Counted from the whole stretch's first letter, positions 27,355 through 40,989 are shown. The stretch is DNA of 63,968 nucleotides, filler included, from Basidiobolus ranarum (GCA_040143965.1; 3 parts of 3 records of this genome joined end to end with filler, not necessarily neighbours in it); one strand, 5' to 3'. The notes: generated from the letters alone by a model not told the origin. Translations and numbers: made by a program.

Positions 27355-28682
27355 TTAGAATTCTGGACATTTCCAAATTTTGATGGTTTTATCAAAGCCA
27401 GCACTAACCAAAACATCCAACTTCTGGTCATAATGAAGGGAACGAATAACACCGGTATGTCCAGCTAACGTAGCTAAAATCTTGGATGATTTAACCTCAA
27501 TGCATCGGATTTTCCAATCATCCCCGGTAGCAAAGAAATATTTACCAGAGGGGTGCCACGCGTGTCTAGGATTAGAGTACTCGTCATGAGGTATCCCATA
27601 GAAATTCCGGGGTTGAATTGATGATTTCACCCGGAACAAGATTGCTCTACCGGAGCGATCGTCGGTAGAGCAGAGCAAATAACGACCATCGGGAGATATG
27701 GAAAGATCCATAGGAGTGAAGGACACCCAGTCGTCTCCATTGGAGTTCATGTTGTATTTCTCATACTCCAAGCTCTCGAGATTTATATAATAAAGGTAGT
27801 TGTCTTCACGAACACCGACTACTACGTAGCTTGAGTCAAGCATGAAAGCCAATGATTCCACGTATCCACGGAAATAGAAGGTTTTGACCAGCTCGTAAAC
27901 CGGCAGTCCGTTCTCATCCTTCTTGACTGCTTTGTAGATATTAAATGTCTTGTCATATGAACATGAGGCAAAGTAGTTTCCATCGGGTGAAAATCTTACT
28001 CTAACAACGTATTTGGTGTGATTCTTAAAGCTCTGCAATATATCGTTGGTCTCAATGTCTACCAATTGCACTGTTTGATCCATACCTCCAGAGAGCAACA
28101 CCTTACGATGGATAGGGTGAAAGTCAGTAGTTAAGATGGCTGCGTCATGATGGGTGAGAAGGTTGAGTATCTGCTCGTTTTCATAGTTGGTAAGCTTAAT
28201 ACTAAGATCTGTAGAGCCCGACACAACAGTAGCCTGTTCAGTACCATCATCTTGTGGTACGTGAAGAATTTGCGCAGTAAGAATGTTCCCACTATGAATG
28301 GTATCGAAAGACTTGGCTAATACCGTAGGAAAATGGCCATCTCCAGCTTCGTCGAGTACTTTGTCCACATCTCTACAACAAACATATTTAAATAAATTAG
28401 TACAACATATAGAAGAGTGTAGACATATGGATAGGAAGGTGAGTATTACCTTTCCTCTGCCACTTTTTTCAACTTTTCTTCCAACCCGGCATTGAGAGAA
28501 TCGTCAACGATAGAAATTAAAGACGTGCTAAGAATCTTTGGAGCGTCCTTATCTTCTTCAATCTGAGTTAGAAAATAACTGGCCTCTTGGCGGAAGTTTT
28601 CAAGAGTATCAGTGTATCCTTGAGCTTCTAGAAAATGAGCGACCAGCGCATGAGTGTACAGTAAGCTTCCCAACCTTTCCAT
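27355..28682 (-). CDS. LisH plus WD40-repeat protein, 2 exons (intron 28373-28449)
   Basis: N-terminal LVAHFLEAQGYTDTLENFRQEA (LisH-like); WD repeats such as GHTGVIRSL...SAGFDKTIKIW. Confidence 0.85.
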
Positions 28683-29080
28683 TGTTTCTCAAGTAATACT
28701 GTACACTGTGAAAATCGTAAGCTTTATATATAACTGAATTTGAGTGATTATTGAGTAACATGCATGCATGAAATTTATTGGAAAGTTCGATTTATTCGAA
28801 TTCGTCACAAATGGTAGCATTTATGCAGCCTTAATTGATACTCTTTCAAAAGCAGTTTATTCGAAAAAGTGGCATGAATATTTAGGACACAATAATATAT
28901 TTTGAACCGGTCAATGTAAAGAATCAAGAAGGACACGACAGAAGCACTTGTTACCTGTTGATAGAACAAGGCTATTTGAATGTGGGTAATGATGATGTTT
29001 CTGTCGAGTAAGTAATGGCTGGAGTAGAGGCAATGTTCTATTCATAGTGATAGGGGAAATGTTTGTTATTAATCTTAACT

Positions 29081-30643
29081 TTAAAATCCTAATTTACTTG
29101 CTACACTTGATCCAAGGCCTGATGCCGCATTGCTTAGGGTCGAACCCCAGCTAGAACCACTTGATCCAGATGCATCAGAACCGTAGGGATCGCTGGAACT
29201 ATACGAGCTCGACATATCTGAACCATACTTGCTTGATCCGGATGTCTTTTTACTGGACCCGGCGGTACTACTAGCTGCGCTACCAGTGGTACTAGACCCT
29301 GTATAATCATATGGATCAGTTGTTGAGCTAGATTTCTTACTACCATAGCTACCCGATGAGCTAGAACTAGAGCCAGACGAAGCTGATCCCAGATCACTGC
29401 TGTAGGGATCTGAAGATTTTTTGCTGGATCCATAGCTAGAACCGGAGGAACTGGACTCACTACTGTATGGATCTGAGGATTTCTTGCTGGATCCATAGCT
29501 AGAGCTAGAGGAACTGGATTCGCTACTGTATGGATCTGAAGATTTCTTGCTGGATCCGTAGCCAGAAGAAGAGCCAGAGCTAGACCCAGTGTCACTGCTG
29601 TACGGGTCAGAAGATTTCTTACTTGAACCTGAGCCTGACCCGAACAGACTAGAGAGGTAGCCACTTCCGCTGGACTTTTTCTTGGAGCTACCACCAGATG
29701 AATAATCTCCAGAGCCTGAATCACTACCTGAGCCTCCCCATAAGCTAGAGAAATATCCTTTATCTTTTGAGCCAGTAGATTTATCCTTGGAGCTACCATA
29801 ACTGGATGAGCCTGCGGAGCTACTACTACTGGAATCGCCAGATCCCCCAAATAGACTAGATAAATAACCACCCGATTTTCCTGAGGCGCTACTTGAACTA
29901 GAACTACCTAAGTCACCAGCAGAGGAGCTTGTAGAAGCTGAGGAACTGCTAGTAGAGGTCGTACCATTTTTTTTACCTTTTTTGTGCTTACCGTAAGGAG
30001 AGGAATACGTATCACCATAAGGATCTGAACCAGAACCGTAGCTATCAGTAGTAGACGTAGAGTAAGGATCTTTAGTGGATGAAGTTGAATCACCGAATAA
30101 AGACCAACCACTACCACTGGTAGACTTAGATTTAGTCGGTTTAGGCTTTGGCTTATGTTCAGTAGCAATGCAGTCGCCTTCGCAATCACTTTTGAACTCT
30201 TGCTTGGGTAGACCTTTTTTAGCATCGTCATAACCCTTAGTATACCATTTCTTACGGGAAAGTCTTAGCCCATCTTTGTACCCATTATCCCATTCATTAT
30301 CTTCTTCGCAGTCGGAGGTATCGCTTTCTGCTTCAGACTCGTATTCTGACTCACAATCTTCTTCGTCCGAGCTTCCTTCACTGTCGTCACCACATCCGTC
30401 GTCACATACTACTTTGTTTGTTCCAGTAGGTGTAGACTTGCCAACACTTTTGGTTTCCACGCCAGCGAGTGCAGAACTGCTAGAACCAGATTTACCGTAT
30501 CCAGAACTGGAAGCGGATGAAGCACTGGAACTAACGCTGTCACTGGGCTTAGTGTAACCATATTCAGAAGGTACCGGCATAGCCACATTGGAGGAGATCA
30601 AACATAATAGGAGCAAAGCAACGGGGACGGATTTGTACATCAT
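29081..30643 (-). CDS. Secreted Ser/Gly-rich low-complexity repeat protein, function unknown
   Basis: 520-aa intronless ORF; signal peptide; acidic Cys-containing block; tandem YGSSKKSSDPYSS units; paralog at 43756-44898. Confidence 0.85.
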   Translation of the reverse strand: MMYKSVPVALLLLCLISSNVAMPVPSEYGYTKPSDSVSSSASSASSSGYGKSGSSSSALAGVETKSVGKSTPTGTNKVVCDDGCGDDSEGSSDEEDCESEYESEAESDTSDCEEDNEWDNGYKDGLRLSRKKWYTKGYDDAKKGLPKQEFKSDCEGDCIATEHKPKPKPTKSKSTSGSGWSLFGDSTSSTKDPYSTSTTDSYGSGSDPYGDTYSSPYGKHKKGKKNGTTSTSSSSASTSSSAGDLGSSSSSSASGKSGGYLSSLFGGSGDSSSSSSAGSSSYGSSKDKSTGSKDKGYFSSLWGGSGSDSGSGDYSSGGSSKKKSSGSGYLSSLFGSGSGSSKKSSDPYSSDTGSSSGSSSGYGSSKKSSDPYSSESSSSSSSYGSSKKSSDPYSSESSSSGSSYGSSKKSSDPYSSDLGSASSGSSSSSSGSYGSKKSSSTTDPYDYTGSSTTGSAASSTAGSSKKTSGSSKYGSDMSSSYSSSDPYGSDASGSSGSSWGSTLSNAASGLGSSVASKLGF

Positions 30644-31065
30644 AATAAATCGATATATTTATGTGAATATAGATTTAAGTGTAAGTTGGAAGTGGGTGAA
30701 GGTTCTCTAGTTTGCAGATAGGGACTTGACAAACAAAAAGAGATCGATAGTAGTCAGGTCGACTTTGAATGGGAAGTGAGTAGTTGGGTGTAGATCCAAT
30801 GGGATTTGATGACTTCTTATATACTGACAGAAAACACTCATGAAACATTTAATTCTTCCCCTTTCTGACACCTGCTTTTCTCCTGATACATGATGAATGT
30901 ATACTTGCATCAAACTCTGTTTGACAGTATTTGGAATGGTAAGATAAACCACTCAAACTCTCCGGTATCACACCAACTTGTACATCGTTTTAGAATCTTA
31001 GTTTCTGTATTGAAATCTTTTTATTTGCACTTGCACTTGCATTTATATATGAAAGTGCCAACAAT

Positions 31066-32847
31066 TTATGCCATCATAACCGGCAATACTTGATACAAAA
31101 AGGCCGTCAAAGCCACTATCAATGCGATAATAATGGCTAGATTGATGTTCAACGGGATACCTAGAAAGAGCAGTTAGGGTTAGGGTTAGGATCAGGATTA
31201 GGTTTGATGTAAGGGTGAGTTTTCAATACCTTTGGGCCATGTATCTGGAATCTCGATTACTCGACATGTATTATCTACGGAGCCACTGACCAAGAGCGTG
31301 GAGTCTTGGTTGAAACTAAGACTAGTCACTGGAAATCCATGGGCTGAAGGAACAACCATCAATGTCTAGGAGAAGCATATTAGTGCATTTGAACCATAGG
31401 GTCCTATATTCAGATAAACTAACCCTTAGGGTATGTGCATCACAAATGACAATCGACAAATCAGAAGTTCCCAAGGCCAGCAGTTTTCCATCGTTACTAA
31501 CAGAAAGCGGATTAGTCTAGTTGTCAAGTCAGGCCATTCGATCAAAAATAGAAAATAATACCTTATGCAGAATGAGGTGACAGGCTTACGGCTTACAGGG
31601 CAATTGGCAAGCTTGTCCCAAGAATGAGTGTCCCATTTAGTCACAAAGGCTCTATTGCGAGACTTCGTGTTGACCACTGAATAAAGGTATCCTTTCGTGG
31701 TATTTCTTCCGAATCTACAAGTGCATGTCACAGATAGTCATTTTAGCAGGTGATTCTTAGCTGTCCTAAAGATACCATGGTGTTTAGCTTACCTACACGC
31801 CCGAAACAAGCAAACATCGGACTTGTTCCTAACAGGATTTTCGATTGTTTGGATGATGGAGCCGTTGCTAGCAGAGAGCACTCGAAGCTCGGTTTGTGTG
31901 ATCACTACAATCTGATGATAAGTTCTTGTTAGGGCTATAATAGCCATGGCGATAATGCCGAGAAAGAAGTATTACCTGCTTGCCCAAAGAATCAAAGTCT
32001 GCATCCAAGACTTCTTTTTGATCCCAATTAACTGGGCCAAAGGCTGCTTTCATAGAGGGATATTTCAATAAAGTGATCTTGATTATATAAAAATCAGCTA
32101 TCAAGAAAGAATAAATGCATGAATGCGTGCTATATAGTGTTGTATTTACCTCTCCATTTGTAGTGCAACTAATTATTTCCTTTCCTTCGGGGCTGAACCT
32201 AGCTACTTTCTGATAAGCTCATTAGGATTAGGGCTAATTGCCAATCATGTATAGGACGACATGATAAGCTTACTTGATAGTGTTCGGAACTTTCCGAACT
32301 CATCGTTTGAGCAGTTGCTTTAGGTGTAATTCTAGTACATTGAGATACTTAGTATTGAGCTAGTAGAGATACGTATACAGTAATTCACTCACTTGTCGTC
32401 TTCGTAGGAGAATATACGACAATTCTCATTTTCTCCAGCCTTAATTTTCTCTTCTGAGCTATTTATACCACAAACTAAAGCTTTTTTCTATCACACATGA
32501 AAAGTAAAGATTTAGTAAGTTCCAAATATATATACCAAAGGTACACTTACCTGTGGATGGACTGAAAGACACATTGGAGCATCTTCATCTTTATCTAAGG
32601 TAATCTCTTGTGATAGCTTGAATTTCTTGTCTTTCAGATCTACATCATACATAGACTTGATATACAAATAGGTCAACTTCAGGAACCATATACAGATTAG
32701 AAAGAGTGTTAAACATACGATCTTGTTTTTCACGCCACTTCTACCGGCCCCACCTCCACCAGCAATTATGAGCTTGTCATCAAGAGAAAAAGAGACAGCA
32801 TAGACCGGAAAACCTATTGAGGATACGAAAGTGTTGGTTTGAACCAT
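31066..32847 (-). CDS. SEC12: Sec12/PREB-like Sar1 guanine-nucleotide exchange factor (WD40, C-terminal TM), multi-exon
   Basis: GFPVYAVSF...IAGGGGAGRSGVKNKI (Sec12 K-loop), DEDAPMCL, SAHGFPVTSL; last exon encodes TM LAIIIALIVALTAFLY; stop 31066-31068. Confidence 0.85.
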
Positions 32848-33384
32848 TTGACCAAGCTAACGTCTACTGTTGAGTGAACTTAGCAACTTGATTGATAGGG
32901 GTGAAAACCGGCTAAATATAAGCGCATGTATATCAATTTGTCAACTTAATAGCTCAATAATTTCAATCCCTTGGATTTGCCTCACTTTGGTCACTAAATC
33001 ATCCTTTTTTAGTAGTATATAAGTTGCTCACTTTTAACGTGCAAAATAAGTTAGGTTGTACTAAATTGACATTACAACTTAAGCCAAAGCTACACAAGCT
33101 ACACCCTCCAAAGATTTATTCAAGAATTACAAAGGGTGTACTCAATGTATACGTGAGGAGAGTATTTTGGGATAATACGAAAAGAATTTCAGTATTACAG
33201 TTTGTTCCTTCTCTCCCCTTCAGAAACAAAAGGATTCACATGAGAAAAAAGAGTAAAAGTAGGTGAAAATCCAAATTTTAGAAGAAGACCAGATGATGAG
33301 TATGATTAGAGGGAATTCTTTTGGTGTATATCACACGCTTAGGATTGGTATTCAACTTGGTGATTGCTTTCGATTTGGATCTCT

Positions 33385-36300
33385 CTAATTGATGAGTGAA
33401 TCGGGGAATCCACTAAATTCTGCGACCTCGTCTACTTTGTCACCATTGGTAGTATGGAAGCCGACCTTCATTCTCAAACGAATGGAGGTCTTCAAAAGAA
33501 ATTAAGCAGTATTTAGTCGATTGAACGTAACAATTACATGGTATTGGGAAACTACCTGCTGTGGATTGGCAATTCTCATAAGCTGTGTGGCAGTTTCTTC
33601 AGCTGGGATTGAGGTGGAAGAAGGTGGTTGCATTTGCAATCTTTGAGTCTACATCAAACAAGATGGTTACTGGTGTATTCTTACTATAACACTATTACCA
33701 GGAGTACCTTAGGAACAGCTACTTGGAATACTAGATCTTCAAGCCCGAATTCACTGGTATTCACGAAATTGATCTTGATATTAATGATTTTAGGATTCTG
33801 AGAATCTTTAGTGGCGCTCATATCAATACGTAGTCCATTTTTGTTATAAGCAATGCAGGTATCTACAGGAATTATCAACTGGGTTAGCCACTATTGATCA
33901 CTAACACTCTGAATAACAAACTTCAAACCATTATTCGGAAGAGGTGATGAGGGGTTAGAGGCTGAAGCTGAGGCAATTGTCGAAGTAACCTCATTTGAGT
34001 TTGTGGGTGACAACGGTGTCCCGCCAAGGGAATTCATCAAACCGTTTTCGGTAGACACGCTGGCGGATGGCGGAGATGATACACCGTTGAAACCGGTGGC
34101 AAGGGCAGGTGTCGAGATATTTGTAGATCCGAATATATCAGCAAGCAAATCTACAGTTTTTGGTAGTGTTGAGGTAGATTGCGATGATACAGGCGAGGTG
34201 GGCATATCATCACCAAGTAAGTCCAATAACAACTATAAACAAAAATGCAAAGAGACGATTCTTAGTATGTCGCTGAGAAAACCAAGTTAAATCTGACTAC
34301 ATACATCTCCCTCTTTAGGCTCAAGGACAACCCTTCTTTTACCTCTAGATTTTTGCTTTTCAACTAAATACACATGATTGTGAGCTTCGATTGGGTTAGG
34401 ACAATACAGAGCATTTCTTACCAGGGCTGGGAATTGTTTCTCGGTTTTGTGGCATCGGCATTCGTTCGAAAACTGCATTACGAATTTCATCGTGATTGAA
34501 TAGGTTTTGGTATTCCACAGCTCTTTGCTGAACTTCCACCTCCATACTGGTTGAGAATTTTCGAATATTGCTTTGAATTCGTGGAATTACACTGGGATCC
34601 TGGAATCGATCGGCCAGCTTCATGAATGCGGTAGTCATGTATTCTCTTAAAGTATGATTGGCATAGGGGCTATTGAGGATAGTTTCGAACAAATCTATGA
34701 CATTCGCTTCACTGATCTGTTATAAGAATATGGCTTAACAAACAAGAATCTAAATGAGATCTCAAAGAAATCCCTTACTTTTTCCACTTCTTCACCACTT
34801 TCAGATTCCCCATTCTGCACCAATATATCACCAAACTCGCCAATACACCAAACGCCCGCAAGTACTAATCCTTCCTATGTTTCAGAATCAAAACTTAGCT
34901 TTAGAAGGAAGATCTAAAATCGTTTAATGACTCGTACCTGTGAAATGTCGGATTTCAATTCGACAAATAGCTTCCTAACGATATATGGTTGAAGTTCCGG
35001 CGTGCGACATACAAGTCCGATAAAGCCTGAAACGATCTCTTCGCCTACATAATTTCCAGCCTAAAGAATTTCAAGTATTATTTGAAAGGAAGTCTTGAAC
35101 ATGCTTCATAGTGTTACTTCTCGTACCAACTTCAATACGCGCAATAAAGTGTCGATATGCCAGCGTTTATTCGGTGCGTAACTAGAGAAGAGAATTGAGT
35201 TGAAAGAGAAATAAGAGTGATGAATATACATAATATACGTACCGATCCGCTGATATACGGATCTTGGAGGATAGTCCTTGCTTGAATTCAGTCTCTGAAA
35301 CCTCTAAGAAAGAGAGTAATTCTCGGATCATTACACGTACATTGGAATCGTTAATTAAAGCAAACGAGAGCTCTAAAGCACGACGACGAATTGAAATGTC
35401 AGGGTCACGAAGACATGCTACGACTGTTTCACGATGGCGCTGAACAGCATTCATGTCGATGATAGCAGTCTTATTCAATGTATTTAAAGCAACATAACGA
35501 ATATTGTTGTCTCGGTTAGTCAAAAACCGGCCCAGGATATTGATAGCCAACACTCGTAAACTGTTATCCGAATCGGTCTCCATGATAGTGAGAACAGTCT
35601 CATAAAGAATGGAATTACCAACGTTTTTGGCTGAATCAGTGCTAGTGGCTACCTGAGTCAAGATATCACTCATTGACTCTACTGCATCTGGGTTATCTTC
35701 GCCCAAGATTCGCAACAATCTGAGAATTTTGACCTGGAGGAAGGGATCAGTCAATCCACCGACATCATGCTCAGGAGAAAACCCAGAAGCCACTAGAGTA
35801 CGCAAACGACTGACTAATGTAGGAACAATCTAGATGTGATAGGTAAACATGGCTAAGTAAATGATTCTAAACTGTCGGATTTTTTGATAAACTCATTAGT
35901 ATTTACGCTGCTTAATGAAGAAATGTTGTCAGGGTTTTGAGTGCATAACTCAATCATCAAGGTAATGCCAGTAAGCATTACTCCATGGTTCTTATCTGCA
36001 ATCAGGGATTTAGCTCTTAACATAAAGGCTTCCTCTAATTCAGGTGCTTTTCTGATGAGACGAATCGCACACAAAGCAGCCTACAAGAATCTCACAAGGT
36101 CAATTAAATACCGAAAACTCCAATAAAATACAAGATACTGACTTTTCTTCGTAAATATGCGTTAGGATTCTCCATAAGTCTTTCTACTTCGTCAACTAAG
36201 TCTTTGGCTATATCCTCGGAAGCAACATTACCAAGGGTACAAAGTGCGAGACCAACGATATTCACGTTGGAATGATTTAAATCACTTTTACGAGTGAAGG

Positions 36301-36744
36301 ATAACAAGAGAGAAAAATTCAACGTTCAACTAAATCAAGATGAAAAGGATACTTTTGCAAAGAGTTTGTGAGAAGAGTTAAAACTTCTTGGTTTTCATCT
36401 ATTAAAAGCATAGTTCCAAGATACCCAAGACGTTTATCTCCGAAATGAGGAGATGATACCAACTTTAAACAATCTATCTGACCAAAATGAGCAGGATAAC
36501 CGAGCATATGGATATAAAGTAATTTCGAAATATTATGATATCTAGTTTCAGCATTCTCCTCACGAAAGGACGTACGAATAGAAGCCGATTCTTTTTGAAT
36601 AACTGCTCTTTCATCGGCGGCAGTTTTAGTACGACGAATAGCCTTAATAAGATCTTTTATAAGAAATGTTGGTCAATGTACGATCATTGTATCACAAGAG
36701 ACCACTAAATTTCGAAAAATACCTTTCAGCCGGAAGTATACCAT
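33385..36744 (-). CDS. APL4: AP-1 adaptor complex gamma subunit, many exons
   Basis: [80 protein letters not shown]; ear domain FQVAVPK; stop 33385-33387. Confidence 0.94.
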
Positions 36745-37124
36745 CTTGTTTGAAAATCTTGAGGTCAGAAGAACTTATTCTATGGGAGGTACTTAATAAT
36801 AACAAGTTTTGGAAGTGCTTTCTTCCCTGTTCTCGAGTTTGAATAGAGAGTAAGAAAACCTCGATATTGTATGTATTGCTCAATAATATTAATCCGATAT
36901 TTTGATTAATAAGTTTGTTGAGATACGTCGACAATCTATCTGTAAAAGCAACTCCTTAAAAAATCTTGGTTATCTGAAATGATTTAACATTAACCACACT
37001 TTGTACACAGTTGAAGTAAATTTATGCAAAAGCTCTCTATTTGATTAAAGCTACATGATATTATATTAACAGGTTTTTGATGACTCGAGTTGGTTTATTT
37101 ATATCCAAAAATGTAAAGACAGGT

Positions 37125-37481
37125 CTATTCTGCGGGCGGATCTAGGTTAACCTTAGGATTATGAAACAAAGTATGATCACTGTCCTCCCAAGGGAAAGGC
37201 TTGTTTCGAATACGAATATAAGGGTAGGCAACAAACTTGAGGGGCTCATGTTCTAGATGCTCTTCGTGCTCTTTAAGAAGACGATAGGCATTGTATGCAG
37301 CAATACCGATCAATGGACCACACACATAAAGACTTATTTTACGCCAGTTTTCGGCACTCTGGCGGGCATGATCATGGACATGTTCAAGATGTTGAGCATA
37401 GTTGCTTTGGACTCCGCTAGAATACAAGCGTTTGCTAGGCCCTTGGAGCGTAGTGGTAAGTAATCGTCTAACAAGCGGCAT
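37125..37481 (-). CDS. COX13: Cytochrome c oxidase subunit VIa
   Basis: Presequence, WRKISLYV TM segment, YPYIRIRNKPFPWEDSDHTLFHNPKVN signature. Confidence 0.93.
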   Translation of the reverse strand: MPLVRRLLTTTLQGPSKRLYSSGVQSNYAQHLEHVHDHARQSAENWRKISLYVCGPLIGIAAYNAYRLLKEHEEHLEHEPLKFVAYPYIRIRNKPFPWEDSDHTLFHNPKVNLDPPAE

Positions 37482-38257
37482 GATTGAGATGATAAAGTCA
37501 ACAGGCTTTCAATGAATAGAACTCTATATCCTACACCTTATACCCGCGTCTTTTATTGTGACCTTTAAATTCATCCCGTTGGCTACTAACAAATGGTATA
37601 TTCATTCCAATGAAATGAGGTGTCTCAATCAATTTTCATTTTCATAAATCTAATTAGTACATCTCATACACGCCTATCTATATGAAACACTCACCTGATC
37701 TTGTGAGGTCACCTATCATTCTCGAATGGATCATTCAGTAACCTTGCTGTTATGGTAAGTATTTTACATGTGAACAGCAACAGGCTTTGGTGAAACTCAG
37801 GGACCTTTATAAAGAAGGAAAGAAAGGGGCATCAAAGGCATTTGATCTAAATCATTAAATGGTAAATAAAGCCAGAAATTAAGGAATACGTCAACTCTGA
37901 AAGCAAAGCAAAGGCGAAATGAATCAGCTTAAAGGCTACTTCAGTAAAGGAAGGGATTAAAGCAAGGTAAAGGTAAGGGCAATGTGTGAGATAAATTGCG
38001 GAAGTCAAAAAGGAATCTGCACCCATAGTATAGATGAAATATAACAATAATAATAATAGAATGAACCAATAAACTAAGATTAGGCAGGTCCAAGGTTCTT
38101 AAAAATGAACCAGAATTTGGACGTAAAACCACCGAAATCAACCCTTCTTGATTGGCAATACGCCATGACTCGAACATCCACCAAATTATAACTCTAACTT
38201 TAAGCAGTGTGTATAGAAAACCCTGTGTATAAGCAATATCAAACTATATATGGACGG

Positions 38258-39330
38258 TTATAAAATCAAACATATACTCTTCTTCTTCTTAACTCTGCCC
38301 GTAACGCTATTTGCTCTACGGTCTCCTTCTTTCGAGGTACGAATCATACGAACAACCGAATAGAAAGCTTTTTCAACATTCACGGCCGTTTTCGCTGAAC
38401 TTTCAATAAATTCGCAGCCTAAGCGTCTCGCCAAACCAAGACCCTCCTCTTTGGAAACCTCCCGCTCGTTAGTCTTGTCACATTTATTTCCAACTAACAT
38501 CATGGCGACTTGCTCCGTGTCCTTGACTCTTATAATTTGATCCCTGAAACGTTCAATTCGCTCGAAAGTAGACCGTGAAGCGATAGAGTAGACCAGTAAG
38601 AAACCTTCTCCATCTCTATTCATTATACAATACTCTGTTAGTTCAGTGATGTGAAATCCAACGAGGCCTAATGAAGAGCAGTAATAAACTACAAACCTAA
38701 TCCACTGGTCTCGTAGAGCAGTATATTCCTCTAAAAACGATGTGTAAATTATTTGGAATATGAACACTAGAACTGGTTGACTCTAACCTTGTCCAGCTGT
38801 ATCCAGTACCTCCAACATACATGAATGATCATCAATTACGGCTTGCTTACGATAAGAGTCTTCGATAGTAGGATCATAAGTCTAGATATTGTATTACATA
38901 AATAAGAATATCCCCTTCAAATGTTAGGAGTCATTCATATGAAGAAGACAACTGACCTCTACAAAATAGATATTTCAAAAGTTAATTCTGTACTAATTAT
39001 ACCCACTTAAATACAACAATTTTGGGCTTACCGACAAAATGATTAAGGCATAGCTATTCAATAATAAAAAGAATAAGATAAATATACTGTGAACAAGAAT
39101 ACCTCTAACTATCACTTACCTGAATGGTCAATGCAGTCTATCAAATCCATTTACAAAGAGCCAGATGAAATATAAGCAAGGTTAGAGAGAGTTTCATGTG
39201 CAAGATGTTAGTCGTTTCTTATGGAGATGTGTGACTATAGAACTGAAAGTACAATTCTTTAAGGTATGCGAGTGACAAATACCTTGCCTACACCACCATC
39301 GCCCAAAACAACAATTTTGTATAGAATCAT
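38258..39330 (-). CDS. Ras GTPase (fungal Ras2/RasB type), 7 exons including 18-, 22- and 2-nt exons
   Basis: [29 protein letters not shown](E)|[46 protein letters not shown]; polybasic KKKK plus CAAX CLIL. Confidence 0.94.
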
Positions 39331-40989
39331 CTTTTAATGAAGTAAGAGAAAAACTAGTCAAAAGACGAACACTGAGAAGAATTATGCTTGTGTTTATGGA
39401 GTGAAACTGATAGGCTTGGAGACAAATGACCAAAAGCACGAATGCGATAGAAGAAAAACTGCAACTCGGAAAAAGGGCAAAGTTTCGAGTACAAGTGGAA
39501 TAGGGAGTAGCCAAGAAAAGAAAGGAAAGAAAGAAAGGGGAGGGTTAGGGTACACCAACAATACCAACTGTGAAAAACCACACAAATCAATAATGGTGGG
39601 GAGAAGTGAGGGGGATTGGGACAGAATAACCAGGTGAATTAACATTCATAGAATCAATTTGGAATAGACCTGTCCCCTTTATTTTAAGGTATGGCTGAAG
39701 CGGCTACCTAATAAGGCCAGTAATTTATTTGGAGGCTTAATTGGGAGGTGCATACAGAGGTGAAAAAGCCATCTGTCTTGAGATGAAGGGTTAGGGTTAA
39801 GTGCATTGCAAGATGTGATTGATTTTTCCATTTCCCTTGACCTGGCCTTGACCTGGTTTATTGTGGATCCATTGTTTCCCATCGAAATGAATTCAAGTGA
39901 ATTAGGGCACTACTTGAGTCACACGAATTTGTAGGATTAGGGTAAACTAGCATGAGGGCCTAGAAAGTAGTGGATATTCACAGGTCTGATCGCATGCATA
40001 ATCCAACCCAAAAGCAGCCCATTCCCTTCCCTTCCCTTCTCATATTCCAAGGCTGTTTCAAGGCAGACATCGCTATCTCAAGTCACACTCTGTCAGATAC
40101 GCACATAAGGAATGTGACATCATGATGATATAATGTGTGATTGGAGCAGACCTGAGTCAGAGCACTAATCATAATGAATACCAATGGAATGATTTTCGCG
40201 TGTAGGCAGTTTTAGGGACCACTGATTGGACTCTCATAGCTCATTAATATATGTATGTAACCAGATGGCAGATAACCATGTGGAAGCCGATTGTGGAATG
40301 GATGGAGACCGATCCCCTAGAAAACCATACGCCGCACTTCGCATATCGCTGGGTATCGACCATTGTATATCCACTGGGGAAGCGGGCGAACTAACTCGTT
40401 TTGGTAGCATCAGGATTCCGGCGGAATTGAGGACTTGTCTGATTCGGTAAATTATCGTACAGCGGTAAATACAAGCTTGGCTTGTGTATCAAAACCTAAG
40501 CAAGGAATCAGTTATCTTGTGTATCGAAATCTGACAAGCGTACTCTTGGGTGCACACCAGGCTTAATCCCGAATTCAGATGGTGTCTTGATGGTTTATTA
40601 GGCTTTGGTTTAACCACGCGGCGGCTTCGATTGAATTAGGGAGCAAAGGGGACAGCACTTGGGATTAGCACGAAATAGAATCCACTCAAATTCCACATAA
40701 ATTCAATATATGGATATACTTTGAAGGGGGTGCGAAGGGAAATCAAATAGCAGGCCAGGGTAAGTCCAATCAGAACCATCTGGATGTGCCGAAAAAAATA
40801 TCTTGAAATAAGGGATTTCCGAAATCTCCTTCCTTTTCAATCCTCTAAATTTTTCGGATATTCCAAGTAAGCGTCAGATATTAAATTCAACTTGTGAAAG
40901 ATATACTTCTTCATACTACCATTTGTAAGAGATATACCTCAGTATCTATTCCTCTTGCATGTCAAATAGTGCCACTTGACATCTAAATT

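Noticed and set aside
29134-30557. Alternative-frame and antisense ORFs over the Ser-rich gene (also 43803-44801, 2518-3317, 60420-61166)
   Set aside because: Shadows of low-complexity or codon-biased real genes
39194-39882. Several hydrophobic short ORFs upstream of Ras
   Set aside because: Purine/pyrimidine-biased promoter and 5' UTR sequence with no protein motifs
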